Part shown: positions 9,476 to 17,966 of the stretch, piece after piece
How the letters are laid out: each line of letters opens with the position of its first letter
Numbering within the stretch: position 1 is the stretch's first letter
DNA from: Myxococcota bacterium
GTDB lineage: Bacteria; Myxococcota_A; Bradymonadia; UBA7976; UBA1532
Assembly: GCA_036337435.1 (NCBI GenBank)
Contig: JAYZEG010000004.1
Coordinates: 1-55,279 of the forward strand
Length of the DNA stretch: 55,279 bases
Reading direction: 5' to 3'
Made by a program: the position numbers and the translations under genes
The notes under the pieces: generated by a model
Databases searched by the model: none
The model's input: only the letters and a program-made list of their open reading frames with translations
What the model was told of the DNA's origin: nothing

Positions 9476-11830
9476 ATGCGAAAAAACACAGTCTTATTTC
9501 TCCTTGCAGCCTGCTTTTCGACACTTGTTCTGAGTGGCTGTATTCAAGACTCAACGGCCGGTGATGATTCAGAAAGTGATGGTTCCATCCAGGCTGATTC
9601 GAACGCCGGGATGGGCGCAGGCGGTGTGGGCGGTGCCGGTGCCGAAGGTGGTGCCGGTGGTGCCGGTGCCGAAGGTGGCGCGGGTGGTGCCGGTGCCGAG
9701 GGTGGCGCCGGCGGTGCAGGTGCCGAGGGTGGTGCCGGCGGTGCAGGTGGGCAGCCCCAACCCAGGGATCGAGATGATGACGGCATCTTAGATGGGGTAG
9801 ACAATTGTCCTGATGATGCTAACCCTGACCAGGCTGACGAAGATGGTGACGGCATTGGAGATGTCTGTGATTTACCGGCGGATGGCGATGCCGATATGGA
9901 TGGTATTGTAAATTCAGAGGACAATTGTCCAAGGGCTGCCAACAACAGCCAACGAGACCAAGACGGGGATGGTGTCGGAGATCGATGTGATAATTGTCCA
10001 AACGATGCCAATCCAGCACAAGATGAGATCTGCGCGGACACCGACGAAGACGGGATTCGCGACCCGGACGACAATTGTCCAAATCGGAGAAATGCCGAAC
10101 AGGAAGACACTGACGAAGATGGCCTAGGAGATGTTTGCGATAACTGCCCCGATGTCTCTAACGTAAATCAAGCTGATGGGGACGAGGATGGCGTCGGGGA
10201 TGCCTGCGATGTCGCAGACAGAGATGGCGATGGCATTGCTGATGATGATGACAACTGTGTGACGGTCTTCAACCCACGGCAGTCCGATGACGATGATGAT
10301 GGCCCCGGAGACGCCTGTGACAACTGCCCGGCCGTGGCGAACTTCAATCAAGCGGATGAGGACGGAGACGGAATCGGTGACGCCTGCGAAGCCGCCGATT
10401 TTGACGATGATGGTCTGCCCAATGATGCTGATAACTGTCCACGTGTCGCCAATATGCAGGATGATGGGGATGAGGATGGCGTCGGGGATGCATGTGACAA
10501 CTGCCCCGAGCTGGCCAATGCTGACCAGTCAGACCTGGATGGCGATGGTATCGGGGACGTCTGCGATGATGTGCGTGACCGAATTCGGTTGCGTTTGGAG
10601 TGGATCTCTGGCGAGGGAATCGACTTAGACCTCCATGTCGTACATCCACGTGGTACGTATGACTCAGCTCTCGACTGTTACCACGACAACCGGTCTCCAG
10701 CCTGGGCTTTGCCCGGCTTAAACCGCGATGCACTTGGGGGAGACAGCGGCAATAGTGAAGAGATTCGGATGGCAAGCCCAGAGCCCGGTCTGTACACTGT
10801 GGGTGTAGAACTCTTCCGCGGCCCAGGGGATGCGACGCTGACCTTCGAATGCGGCGAAGAGGTACGGCGAGTGTTTGGTCCGCGTGCTCTTGAGTTCGAT
10901 GAAGATGACCGCGTGATGTGGGAAGTTCTCCAATTCAATCCATCAGATTGTAGTCTCCGTATCCTCAATCAGGTGCGTCCTTTTGAGTGTGGCCGCGGCG
11001 GATGCCAATGTAACGAATGCGACGCTGGGCCGTGTAACGGAGACGCGTGTCCTTTGGGCGGTTGTGATGTTGAAACGGGCGTCTGTGAGGACCTCTGCGC
11101 CGCAGTGGAGTGTGACGCCGACAGCTTTTGTAACACGGAGACGGGAGAGTGCGTTGGCCGGGACATTGCCAATTGTGATGCATGTGAGACTGAGGCGGAA
11201 TGTCCGGCAGGTTATTGGTGTATTCGTTACCTCGGCCGAGGCGGTGAGATCGGCCGATATTGTGGTGCAAGTTGCGAAGATGACCAATGTGTCGATGGCT
11301 ACTCATGCACAGACCTCAATCGAAATGGGCGGGCCGTTCGCGCATGCGCTGCAGAGGACGTGAGCCAGTGCTTCGAATGTGTCGCCGATGAAGACTGTGA
11401 TGGTGATTTGAATGTCTGTCGGTCAAACGCGTGTGTTGAAGTCGCCTGCGTAAACGATGACCAGTGTGACGGTGAACGCAGCTTGTGTATCGATGATGCT
11501 TGCCTGGAAGTCGAGTGCCTTAACTCAGATGACTGTGGTGAAAATCAGCTGTGCGATGACAATGTATGTCGTGGTGATGGCAGTGAAAGAACCCCGACGG
11601 ATTGGTCTGGCAATGGCCGCAGCTGGGATGATAAACCCCCCTGCGACGACGCATCGGATTGTCAGCCTGGCGAAGAGTGTGGCGGCTTTCCAAATGATCG
11701 ATTTTGCCGTTTGCCATGTGACGACGACCTAGCATGTCCGGACGGATTTGCTTGTTGTGACATTCGCGGTTTCTCTGATTTTTGTGTGCCCGCTAATCTA
11801 AATGACCAAAATATTTGTCGTGATTTTTGA
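9476..11830 (+). CDS. Lipoprotein with thrombospondin type-3 Ca-binding repeats, YfaP-like domain and Cys-rich C-terminus
   Basis: Lipobox LSGC; about 10 DNCPxxxNxxQxDxDxDGxGDxC repeats; LEW...DLDLHVVHP motif; Cys-rich tail. Confidence 0.85.
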   Translation: MRKNTVLFLLAACFSTLVLSGCIQDSTAGDDSESDGSIQADSNAGMGAGGVGGAGAEGGAGGAGAEGGAGGAGAEGGAGGAGAEGGAGGAGGQPQPRDRDDDGILDGVDNCPDDANPDQADEDGDGIGDVCDLPADGDADMDGIVNSEDNCPRAANNSQRDQDGDGVGDRCDNCPNDANPAQDEICADTDEDGIRDPDDNCPNRRNAEQEDTDEDGLGDVCDNCPDVSNVNQADGDEDGVGDACDVADRDGDGIADDDDNCVTVFNPRQSDDDDDGPGDACDNCPAVANFNQADEDGDGIGDACEAADFDDDGLPNDADNCPRVANMQDDGDEDGVGDACDNCPELANADQSDLDGDGIGDVCDDVRDRIRLRLEWISGEGIDLDLHVVHPRGTYDSALDCYHDNRSPAWALPGLNRDALGGDSGNSEEIRMASPEPGLYTVGVELFRGPGDATLTFECGEEVRRVFGPRALEFDEDDRVMWEVLQFNPSDCSLRILNQVRPFECGRGGCQCNECDAGPCNGDACPLGGCDVETGVCEDLCAAVECDADSFCNTETGECVGRDIANCDACETEAECPAGYWCIRYLGRGGEIGRYCGASCEDDQCVDGYSCTDLNRNGRAVRACAAEDVSQCFECVADEDCDGDLNVCRSNACVEVACVNDDQCDGERSLCIDDACLEVECLNSDDCGENQLCDDNVCRGDGSERTPTDWSGNGRSWDDKPPCDDASDCQPGEECGGFPNDRFCRLPCDDDLACPDGFACCDIRGFSDFCVPANLNDQNICRDF
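9629..9751 (+). repeat. 27-bp intragenic tandem repeat (about 4.5 copies) encoding a GGAGAEGGA linker
   Basis: ggYggtgcMggtgccgaRggtggYgcS units at 9629, 9656, 9683 and 9710, with synonymous variation. Confidence 0.9.
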
Positions 11831-12101
11831 TTTTTTTTAAAGCCCCTGCGGGCGACCTAGAATACCTCAGGGTCTAGGGCGGTTCACGTATCCTAGGCCG
11901 CTGTCCTTAGACCACGACAGATCCTTCCTCTTTCCGCCAGTGACACAGTCGGACCGAGACCGCTTTAATTTTACCAAAACCGATCGCCCTTGTATTCGTC
12001 AACGGGTTCGTTAGTGTCTGAGTGGGCGCGGGGGGTATCGCGTCTGCAGATCGATTTAAATGACTCTGGCATTTCGCCTTAGAGTCAATTGGGGGAATGA
12101 C

Positions 12102-13331
12102 ATGTCAAATGACGCTTTAGATCCCGTCGAACGTTTGGCTGCTTTACGCCACGAGTTCGGTGAACATGGTGGTGTGAATATGTCCATTGAGGCGTCGACC
12201 ACATTTACTGTCATGGAAGCTGGCACCATGCCGGATATCTTCAATGGGCGGCTTGGACCCGACGCGGGCGGCTGCTTTCTTTACGGACGCCATTTTAATC
12301 CAACCGTCTATGTTCTCGGTCGGCAGTTGGCCGCCATGGAAGCGGCTGAGGCTGGGTACTGCACGGGCAGCGGCCTGGGGGCTATTTCAAGTGCTCTTTT
12401 GGGTCTCCTTGACCACGGGGACCATGTGGTCGCATCGGATACTCTTTATGGCGGGACTTGGGCGATGCTCGCTGAGTTCTTCCCACAGAAGTGCGGCATT
12501 AAAACGAGCTTTGTCGACATGCAAGATCCCGAAGCCATCGAGGCCGCATGTACGCCGCGAACGAAGGTGATTTATACCGAGTCCTTGTCAAACCCAACTC
12601 TCCGAGTGGCAGATATACCGGCCCTCGCTCAAATCGCTAAGACAGTCGGTGCTCAATTGGTCGTGGATAATACGTTCACACCATTGGCCATGTCGCCCAT
12701 TGAGCAAGGTGCCGATGTTGTTGTCCATTCGCTCACAAAATTCATTAACGGAGCGAGTGATTTTATCGCAGGTGCTGTCTGTGGACGCGCTGACTTCATC
12801 GGCTCACTGATGGACTTGCATTTGGGGCCATTGATGATTCTGGGGCCCACCATGGATCCGCAGGTCGCTCATTCTATCAGCCTAAGAATTCCTCATTTAC
12901 CCATTCGAATGATGGAACATGCAAAGCGGGCCATGACCTTTGCGAAACGGCTGGAGGCACTCGGGCTTAAGGTGGGGTACCCCGGACTAGAAACTCATCC
13001 CGACCATGAATTGTTTTCGCGCATCGGTCGACCAGAGTATGGCTTTGGTGGTTTGTTGACAATTGACGCAGGAACCCGTGAACGCGCAGAAGCACTCATG
13101 GATGACCTCCAAAACGAGGAGGGCTTTGGCTTCATGGCCGTAAGCTTAGGGTATTTCGATACATTGATGTCTTGCTCTGCAAGCTCGACATCCAGCGAGA
13201 TGGACGACGCTGCCCTTGCTGCAGCGGGCATTCGACCGGGTCTGATTCGAATGTCTGTCGGATATACGGGAAGTCTAGAACAGCGGTGGAGCCAGCTGGA
13301 ACGCGCCCTCACCAGAAATGGTCTGGTTTAG
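12102..13331 (+). CDS. Methionine gamma-lyase-like PLP enzyme (Cys/Met metabolism family, plant-MGL type)
   Basis: EFGEHGGVNMSIEASTTFTV N-terminus, YGRHFNPT, VVDNTF, HSLTKF (PLP lysine), AVSLG; start at ATG 12102. Confidence 0.85.
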   Translation: MSNDALDPVERLAALRHEFGEHGGVNMSIEASTTFTVMEAGTMPDIFNGRLGPDAGGCFLYGRHFNPTVYVLGRQLAAMEAAEAGYCTGSGLGAISSALLGLLDHGDHVVASDTLYGGTWAMLAEFFPQKCGIKTSFVDMQDPEAIEAACTPRTKVIYTESLSNPTLRVADIPALAQIAKTVGAQLVVDNTFTPLAMSPIEQGADVVVHSLTKFINGASDFIAGAVCGRADFIGSLMDLHLGPLMILGPTMDPQVAHSISLRIPHLPIRMMEHAKRAMTFAKRLEALGLKVGYPGLETHPDHELFSRIGRPEYGFGGLLTIDAGTRERAEALMDDLQNEEGFGFMAVSLGYFDTLMSCSASSTSSEMDDAALAAAGIRPGLIRMSVGYTGSLEQRWSQLERALTRNGLV

Positions 13332-13361
13332 GCGCGTTCTGTGGTTCGGTGGGCTTGCGCT

Positions 13362-16300
13362 CTAGCTCTGAACGACGTGGTACAGCTCATCAAAATAACG
13401 CTGGACACATCGATTAGAAGAGAATTGCACTTGCGACGATGAAATTGAGGTCTGCATCATCTCAACCCAAGACGCTGTGTTGCTGTAGGCGGGTAACACA
13501 TCTTGTTCAATGAGAGTGCGAAGAGCGTCATAGTCATGCTGATCTGCATCCACGCCTTCCGGAGGGGCACCAACACCCCAGCCGTTGAGACCATGTTGGC
13601 AACCTTCAGCCCACCACCCATCGAGAATACTCAAGTTCAGCACGCCATTTGCGGCAGCTTTCATGCCCGATGTCCCTGATGCTTCCTTCGGCCTGATGGG
13701 ATTGTTGAGCCAAACATCACAGCCTCGGGTCAATAGAGCACCTAGATTCATATCGTAATTCGGAATGAACACGACCTGGCCGGGGTACTCTTGCCCTGTT
13801 TTGACCAATTCTTGGATCAGTGCTTGGCCGAAGACATCATGGGGATGAGCTTTCCCTGCGAAGACGAACTGGACCTTCTTCTCTGCCAGCATGGAATGAA
13901 GCCACTGACGGTCTCTCAAAAGCAGCGTCGCACGCTTGTAGGTTGCAGCGCGTCGGGCAAAACCGATCAACGGTACGTCGACATCCATGGTAACACCCAA
14001 TCGAGTTTTAATCTCGTCGATGAGCTGTTGCTTCAGTAATTGATGTCGCTCCCAGAGTGCCTCGCCATGACCTCGTCTCGAATGGCCTGCAAGAACCGGA
14101 TCCTGCCAGGTTCCCATGTGGACACCATTGGTAATGGCGACGATTGGTGCTGCTCCTTCGATATCTTTCCACATCTCCCGTGCCGTCTCACCATGCAACT
14201 CAGCCACGGCGTTCGCCTGGCGACACAGTCGAAGTGCCGCCGGCGTCATTTGGAAGGGATCACCACCAATTTCTTTCAGCTGCTCCCAGCTGAAGGCATC
14301 AACGTGCGCGCCCACATCAAAGAGCAGCTGCAATGGGTGTACTTCGTTTCCAGCCGGGACAGGTGTGTGTGTCGTGAAGATGGTCTGCTTCCGGGACGAC
14401 GCAATGGCCTCCTCAAAGGATTGACCTTTCTCCATGAACTCTCGTACCAGTTCGAAACCGGCAAACAGTGCATGACCCTCGTTGAAGTGGTAGACATCGA
14501 TTGGAATGCCCAGTGCTCGTAAAACCCGGACGCCGCCGACACCGAGTAGAACTTCTTGTGCTACTCGATCGTAGGAAGACCCGCCGTACAGCCGCTGAGT
14601 AATCCACCGATGCTCTTCGTCAATCGGTTCCAAAAGCAGGAGTTCAACGCTGCCGAGGTGAAGCACGCGCCATGCCGTAACGGCGACATTTGCCGATCCG
14701 ATCTTGACGTTAACAGTGACGCCCGTGGGTCGAAGCCTTGTTCTGGGTGTGGGAATATACCTCGGAAGTTGGCGGCCTTCACTATCAATATCTTGAACAA
14801 AATAGCCTTCGCCCCACAGCATACCAATGGCGATGAAGTCTCGGTTTTGGTCGGATGCTGCCTTCACGATATCGCCTGCTAGAACGCCTAAGCCGCCGGA
14901 GTAAATTGGCAGTTCGGCACTGATTCCGTATTCCATACAGAAGTAAGCAATTCGGTCACCATTGTAATTGGAGCGAGAGCCGGCGGCTATCGTTGGAGCC
15001 GAATCGGGTCGCGCTGCCTGTGGAATGAGGCGACCTGCAGCTCTTATGCGCTTTCGCACATCGGTTGCGACTGCCTGCGGAAGGTCTCGTTCGGCTTGCC
15101 GCCATAACCAGTTTCCCTCACACGTCCCGGGCGTGTTCATGCGTGCTGAATTGGGTAGGCATAAGAGATCTTGTAGTGGGATGATCGCCCAGCATGACGG
15201 CGATCCAAGAGTTTCATCGACCTGCGTGCGACACGCAGTTTCTCCATCCGAGCCAATATTGAGCCAACGTTTCGTATCGTCGCCTTGATCGTCCCACCAA
15301 CCACGTGCAGTCGGACTGTCATGTGTGCTGGTGTAAGCTACGCTGAGTTCCGGATGGTTCTGGACCTTGTGCGGGTTGCTGTCATCAGCATCAAAGGAGA
15401 ATTGTAGCACTTTCATTCCAGGCAGTTCTAAGCTGTCTCTTAAATCAATCGTTGTTTGATCGACACTGCCCAGATCTTCAGCGACGAGGGGCAAACGACC
15501 CAACTCCGCTCGGATTGCATCGAAGACAGCACGTCCGGGGCCAGGTACCCAATGGCCACCCAGAGCGGTTTCTGCCTCGGCATCAACTGACCAGTATCGT
15601 GCAAAAGCGATGAAGTGATCGACTCGAAGTGCATCGCAATGGTCAAGAGAACGACGGATACGCTCAATCCACCACTGGTAACCGTCCGCAGCCATCGCAG
15701 ACCAGTCAAATAGAGGATTTCCCCACCGTTGTCCCGTGTCGGAATAGGCATCCGGTGGTACGCCGGCTACACGAGTGGGAAGACCGCGGTCATCCAACAT
15801 GAAGAAGGGCTGATTGCTCCAAACATCAACGCTATCCTGACCGACATAAATCGGCATGTCGCCCATCATCTTTACGCCACGAGATGCTGCATATCCTCGG
15901 ATCTCAGACCATTGTTGCTCAAAGAGAAAAAGAGCTGCCGTCCACGTCTGATAGTCCTCCTGATAGTCCGCTTTAGCTTGTGCCAGTGCGGCTGGGTCGG
16001 CCTTACGAAGCGCATCAGGCCATTGCCACCAAGGTTGGTCTGCATTGGCCTTCTTAATGGCGTAGAAAAGAGCTGCATCGCGGGCCCATGCGGATTGCTC
16101 GACGAAACGGGTATATTCGTCAAACCAGAGATGGCTTGGTTGGTTGACCAAATTCTTTGCTGCCTGAAGGATCAGCGGGCGTTTTTGATTCCTTACCTTC
16201 TCGTAGTCGACCTGGGCCTGACGTTCGAGACGTGCTTCCTGAGGCAGGAGCCCATTGCGAACGCACCATGCAAGTCCGACCAAGTCTGGATTACCAGACA

Positions 16301-17966
16301 GTGTCGACCAGCTGCTATACGGACTGCCCGCATCGTCCGTAGGGACAAGGGGCAGAAACTGCCAAAGACCCGCACCAGCTTCCACCAGCCAATCAATAAA
16401 AGAAACGGCACCATCTAAGTCGCCGATGGGTCCTTGGTTACCTAACGCACTGATAGGCTGGAGAACACCTGCTCGGCGGTCGTCTACAGAAATGCCTGTA
16501 AAATCAGCCGGGAGACGGTCTGGACTCGTGATATTTGCGTCGATGGCATCGACGAGCACCTTGGTATCAAGATTGGCTGGAATTGCATCGACCGCCGCTC
16601 TAAAGTCGGCGATGAGGTCAACGCCGGAGAGATCTCGTAACTGAGCTGCCGCGGCGGCGGCTAGACGAATGTTTTGGATGGGCTCGAGTCCCGTCACATC
16701 GTCGAAGAACCAAGCACAGCTGGTAAACATCGCGAGAAGTTTTTGCTGTGTGCTGAGCCACTGATAGGCAGCCGCTTCATCAGCTTCAGGGCCAGCGAAA
16801 TCCGCATACCAGCGACTAAACTTGGACGGCGCATCTAAAACGTCGATGAATTCGTTTCGCGCAGTTGTTGAGTCGGCGAATAACTTTTTACCGAGCGGCT
16901 CAAGGGCGATTCGGGCTCGGTCCCTCAGTTCTTCGAGGGCTGCTCTCAGCGCAGGACGCCAAGCTTGATGCCAATCGCGGCCCGGATCAATTTTACAACC
17001 GCAATCATCAGCCCAACGGCCGATCCCGTGGGCGCAGCTCCAGCTGCTTCTTTCAACGATGCGGGCCACTTGTTTTGCGGGATTTCGGGACAGCCATGAG
17101 GCGACGTTTGTGAGTGTGCAGTCGCTTCGAGCATCGAGCTGCTCCTGTGCGTAAGCAAGAGCCATTTCACCATGTGTGTGATGGTGTCCGTAGCTCTCAC
17201 CATCCGTCGCGATCAGAACAAAACCAGTCCCATGACTTGCATCGGCGAGTCTGTTAGCGAATCGTTCGCCACTGTGTAACAAGCCTTCGAACGCGACACC
17301 CCTCGAGACTGCCGCATCGTAAACGACAGCACTAATCGAACGGCCACTGGGTAACTCGATCTTAAATGCTCGGTTTGCAGCCGCTGTTTCCGACGCATCA
17401 TACCACTGACCGTTGTCGTCCTGGATGGCGTCAATTTGAGTCGGTGCGAGCAAAACAAATTCAATGCCCTCATCCACGAGGCATTCCAGCGTAGGCGTAT
17501 CGACTGCTGTCTCCGCGAGCCAGATCCCTTCGGATTTTCGACCGAAACAGCGCTCGAAGACAGCCAGCCCCCACCGGATTTCTGTTTTCCGGTCTTGGTC
17601 GTCACAAAGTGGCAAAATCGGATGATGGTAAGGCTGAGCGATCGCCGACCCCTTACCGAACCTGGCAATGCTGTCACGATCGGCCTTACGCAGCTGTTCA
17701 AGGACAACCGGATGGTTTCTATCCAACCAGTTAAGCAGAGTCGGACCGAAGTCGAAATTGATATATCCGTAGGTATTTCGCGTTCCCCGAGTTCTGCCTT
17801 GCTCATCCAAAAGCCTGGCCGCTGCATTCGGCGCATAACATTCAGCAGTAATTCGCTCATTCCAATCGAGGAATGGAGCTGCAGATGGCTGAGGTTCAAT
17901 TCGATTGGTCCAAGGATTGACTCGAGTCGGTTGGTAAAAATGACCGTGTATACAAATCTCTCGCAT
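13362..17966 (-). CDS. Trifunctional fusion: GH57 (DUF3536-type) + 4-alpha-glucanotransferase MalQ (GH77) + alpha-glucan phosphorylase (GT35)
   Basis: GH57: HGHFYQP, WLAET, TDGESYGHH, SWSCAHG. GH77: SPYSSWS, GQRWGNP, LRVDHF, AEDLG, THDS. GT35: YFCMEYG, YSGGLGVLAGD, FARRAATYKR, EASGTSGMKAA. Confidence 0.92.
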   Translation of the reverse strand: MREICIHGHFYQPTRVNPWTNRIEPQPSAAPFLDWNERITAECYAPNAAARLLDEQGRTRGTRNTYGYINFDFGPTLLNWLDRNHPVVLEQLRKADRDSIARFGKGSAIAQPYHHPILPLCDDQDRKTEIRWGLAVFERCFGRKSEGIWLAETAVDTPTLECLVDEGIEFVLLAPTQIDAIQDDNGQWYDASETAAANRAFKIELPSGRSISAVVYDAAVSRGVAFEGLLHSGERFANRLADASHGTGFVLIATDGESYGHHHTHGEMALAYAQEQLDARSDCTLTNVASWLSRNPAKQVARIVERSSWSCAHGIGRWADDCGCKIDPGRDWHQAWRPALRAALEELRDRARIALEPLGKKLFADSTTARNEFIDVLDAPSKFSRWYADFAGPEADEAAAYQWLSTQQKLLAMFTSCAWFFDDVTGLEPIQNIRLAAAAAAQLRDLSGVDLIADFRAAVDAIPANLDTKVLVDAIDANITSPDRLPADFTGISVDDRRAGVLQPISALGNQGPIGDLDGAVSFIDWLVEAGAGLWQFLPLVPTDDAGSPYSSWSTLSGNPDLVGLAWCVRNGLLPQEARLERQAQVDYEKVRNQKRPLILQAAKNLVNQPSHLWFDEYTRFVEQSAWARDAALFYAIKKANADQPWWQWPDALRKADPAALAQAKADYQEDYQTWTAALFLFEQQWSEIRGYAASRGVKMMGDMPIYVGQDSVDVWSNQPFFMLDDRGLPTRVAGVPPDAYSDTGQRWGNPLFDWSAMAADGYQWWIERIRRSLDHCDALRVDHFIAFARYWSVDAEAETALGGHWVPGPGRAVFDAIRAELGRLPLVAEDLGSVDQTTIDLRDSLELPGMKVLQFSFDADDSNPHKVQNHPELSVAYTSTHDSPTARGWWDDQGDDTKRWLNIGSDGETACRTQVDETLGSPSCWAIIPLQDLLCLPNSARMNTPGTCEGNWLWRQAERDLPQAVATDVRKRIRAAGRLIPQAARPDSAPTIAAGSRSNYNGDRIAYFCMEYGISAELPIYSGGLGVLAGDIVKAASDQNRDFIAIGMLWGEGYFVQDIDSEGRQLPRYIPTPRTRLRPTGVTVNVKIGSANVAVTAWRVLHLGSVELLLLEPIDEEHRWITQRLYGGSSYDRVAQEVLLGVGGVRVLRALGIPIDVYHFNEGHALFAGFELVREFMEKGQSFEEAIASSRKQTIFTTHTPVPAGNEVHPLQLLFDVGAHVDAFSWEQLKEIGGDPFQMTPAALRLCRQANAVAELHGETAREMWKDIEGAAPIVAITNGVHMGTWQDPVLAGHSRRGHGEALWERHQLLKQQLIDEIKTRLGVTMDVDVPLIGFARRAATYKRATLLLRDRQWLHSMLAEKKVQFVFAGKAHPHDVFGQALIQELVKTGQEYPGQVVFIPNYDMNLGALLTRGCDVWLNNPIRPKEASGTSGMKAAANGVLNLSILDGWWAEGCQHGLNGWGVGAPPEGVDADQHDYDALRTLIEQDVLPAYSNTASWVEMMQTSISSSQVQFSSNRCVQRYFDELYHVVQS

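Noticed and set aside
9629..9751. Tandem repeat considered as a CRISPR array
   Set aside because: No spacers; in-frame coding repeat with synonymous variation; no cas genes in the window.
9544..10110. Pro/Ala-rich minus-strand ORF (PAPPAPPSA repeats)
   Set aside because: Reverse complement of the GGAGAEGGA linker.
11835..12100. Possible SAM riboswitch upstream of the methionine gamma-lyase
   Set aside because: Only a weak imperfect hairpin (GGTCTAGG/CCTTAGACC); no SAM-I or SAM-II consensus recognised.
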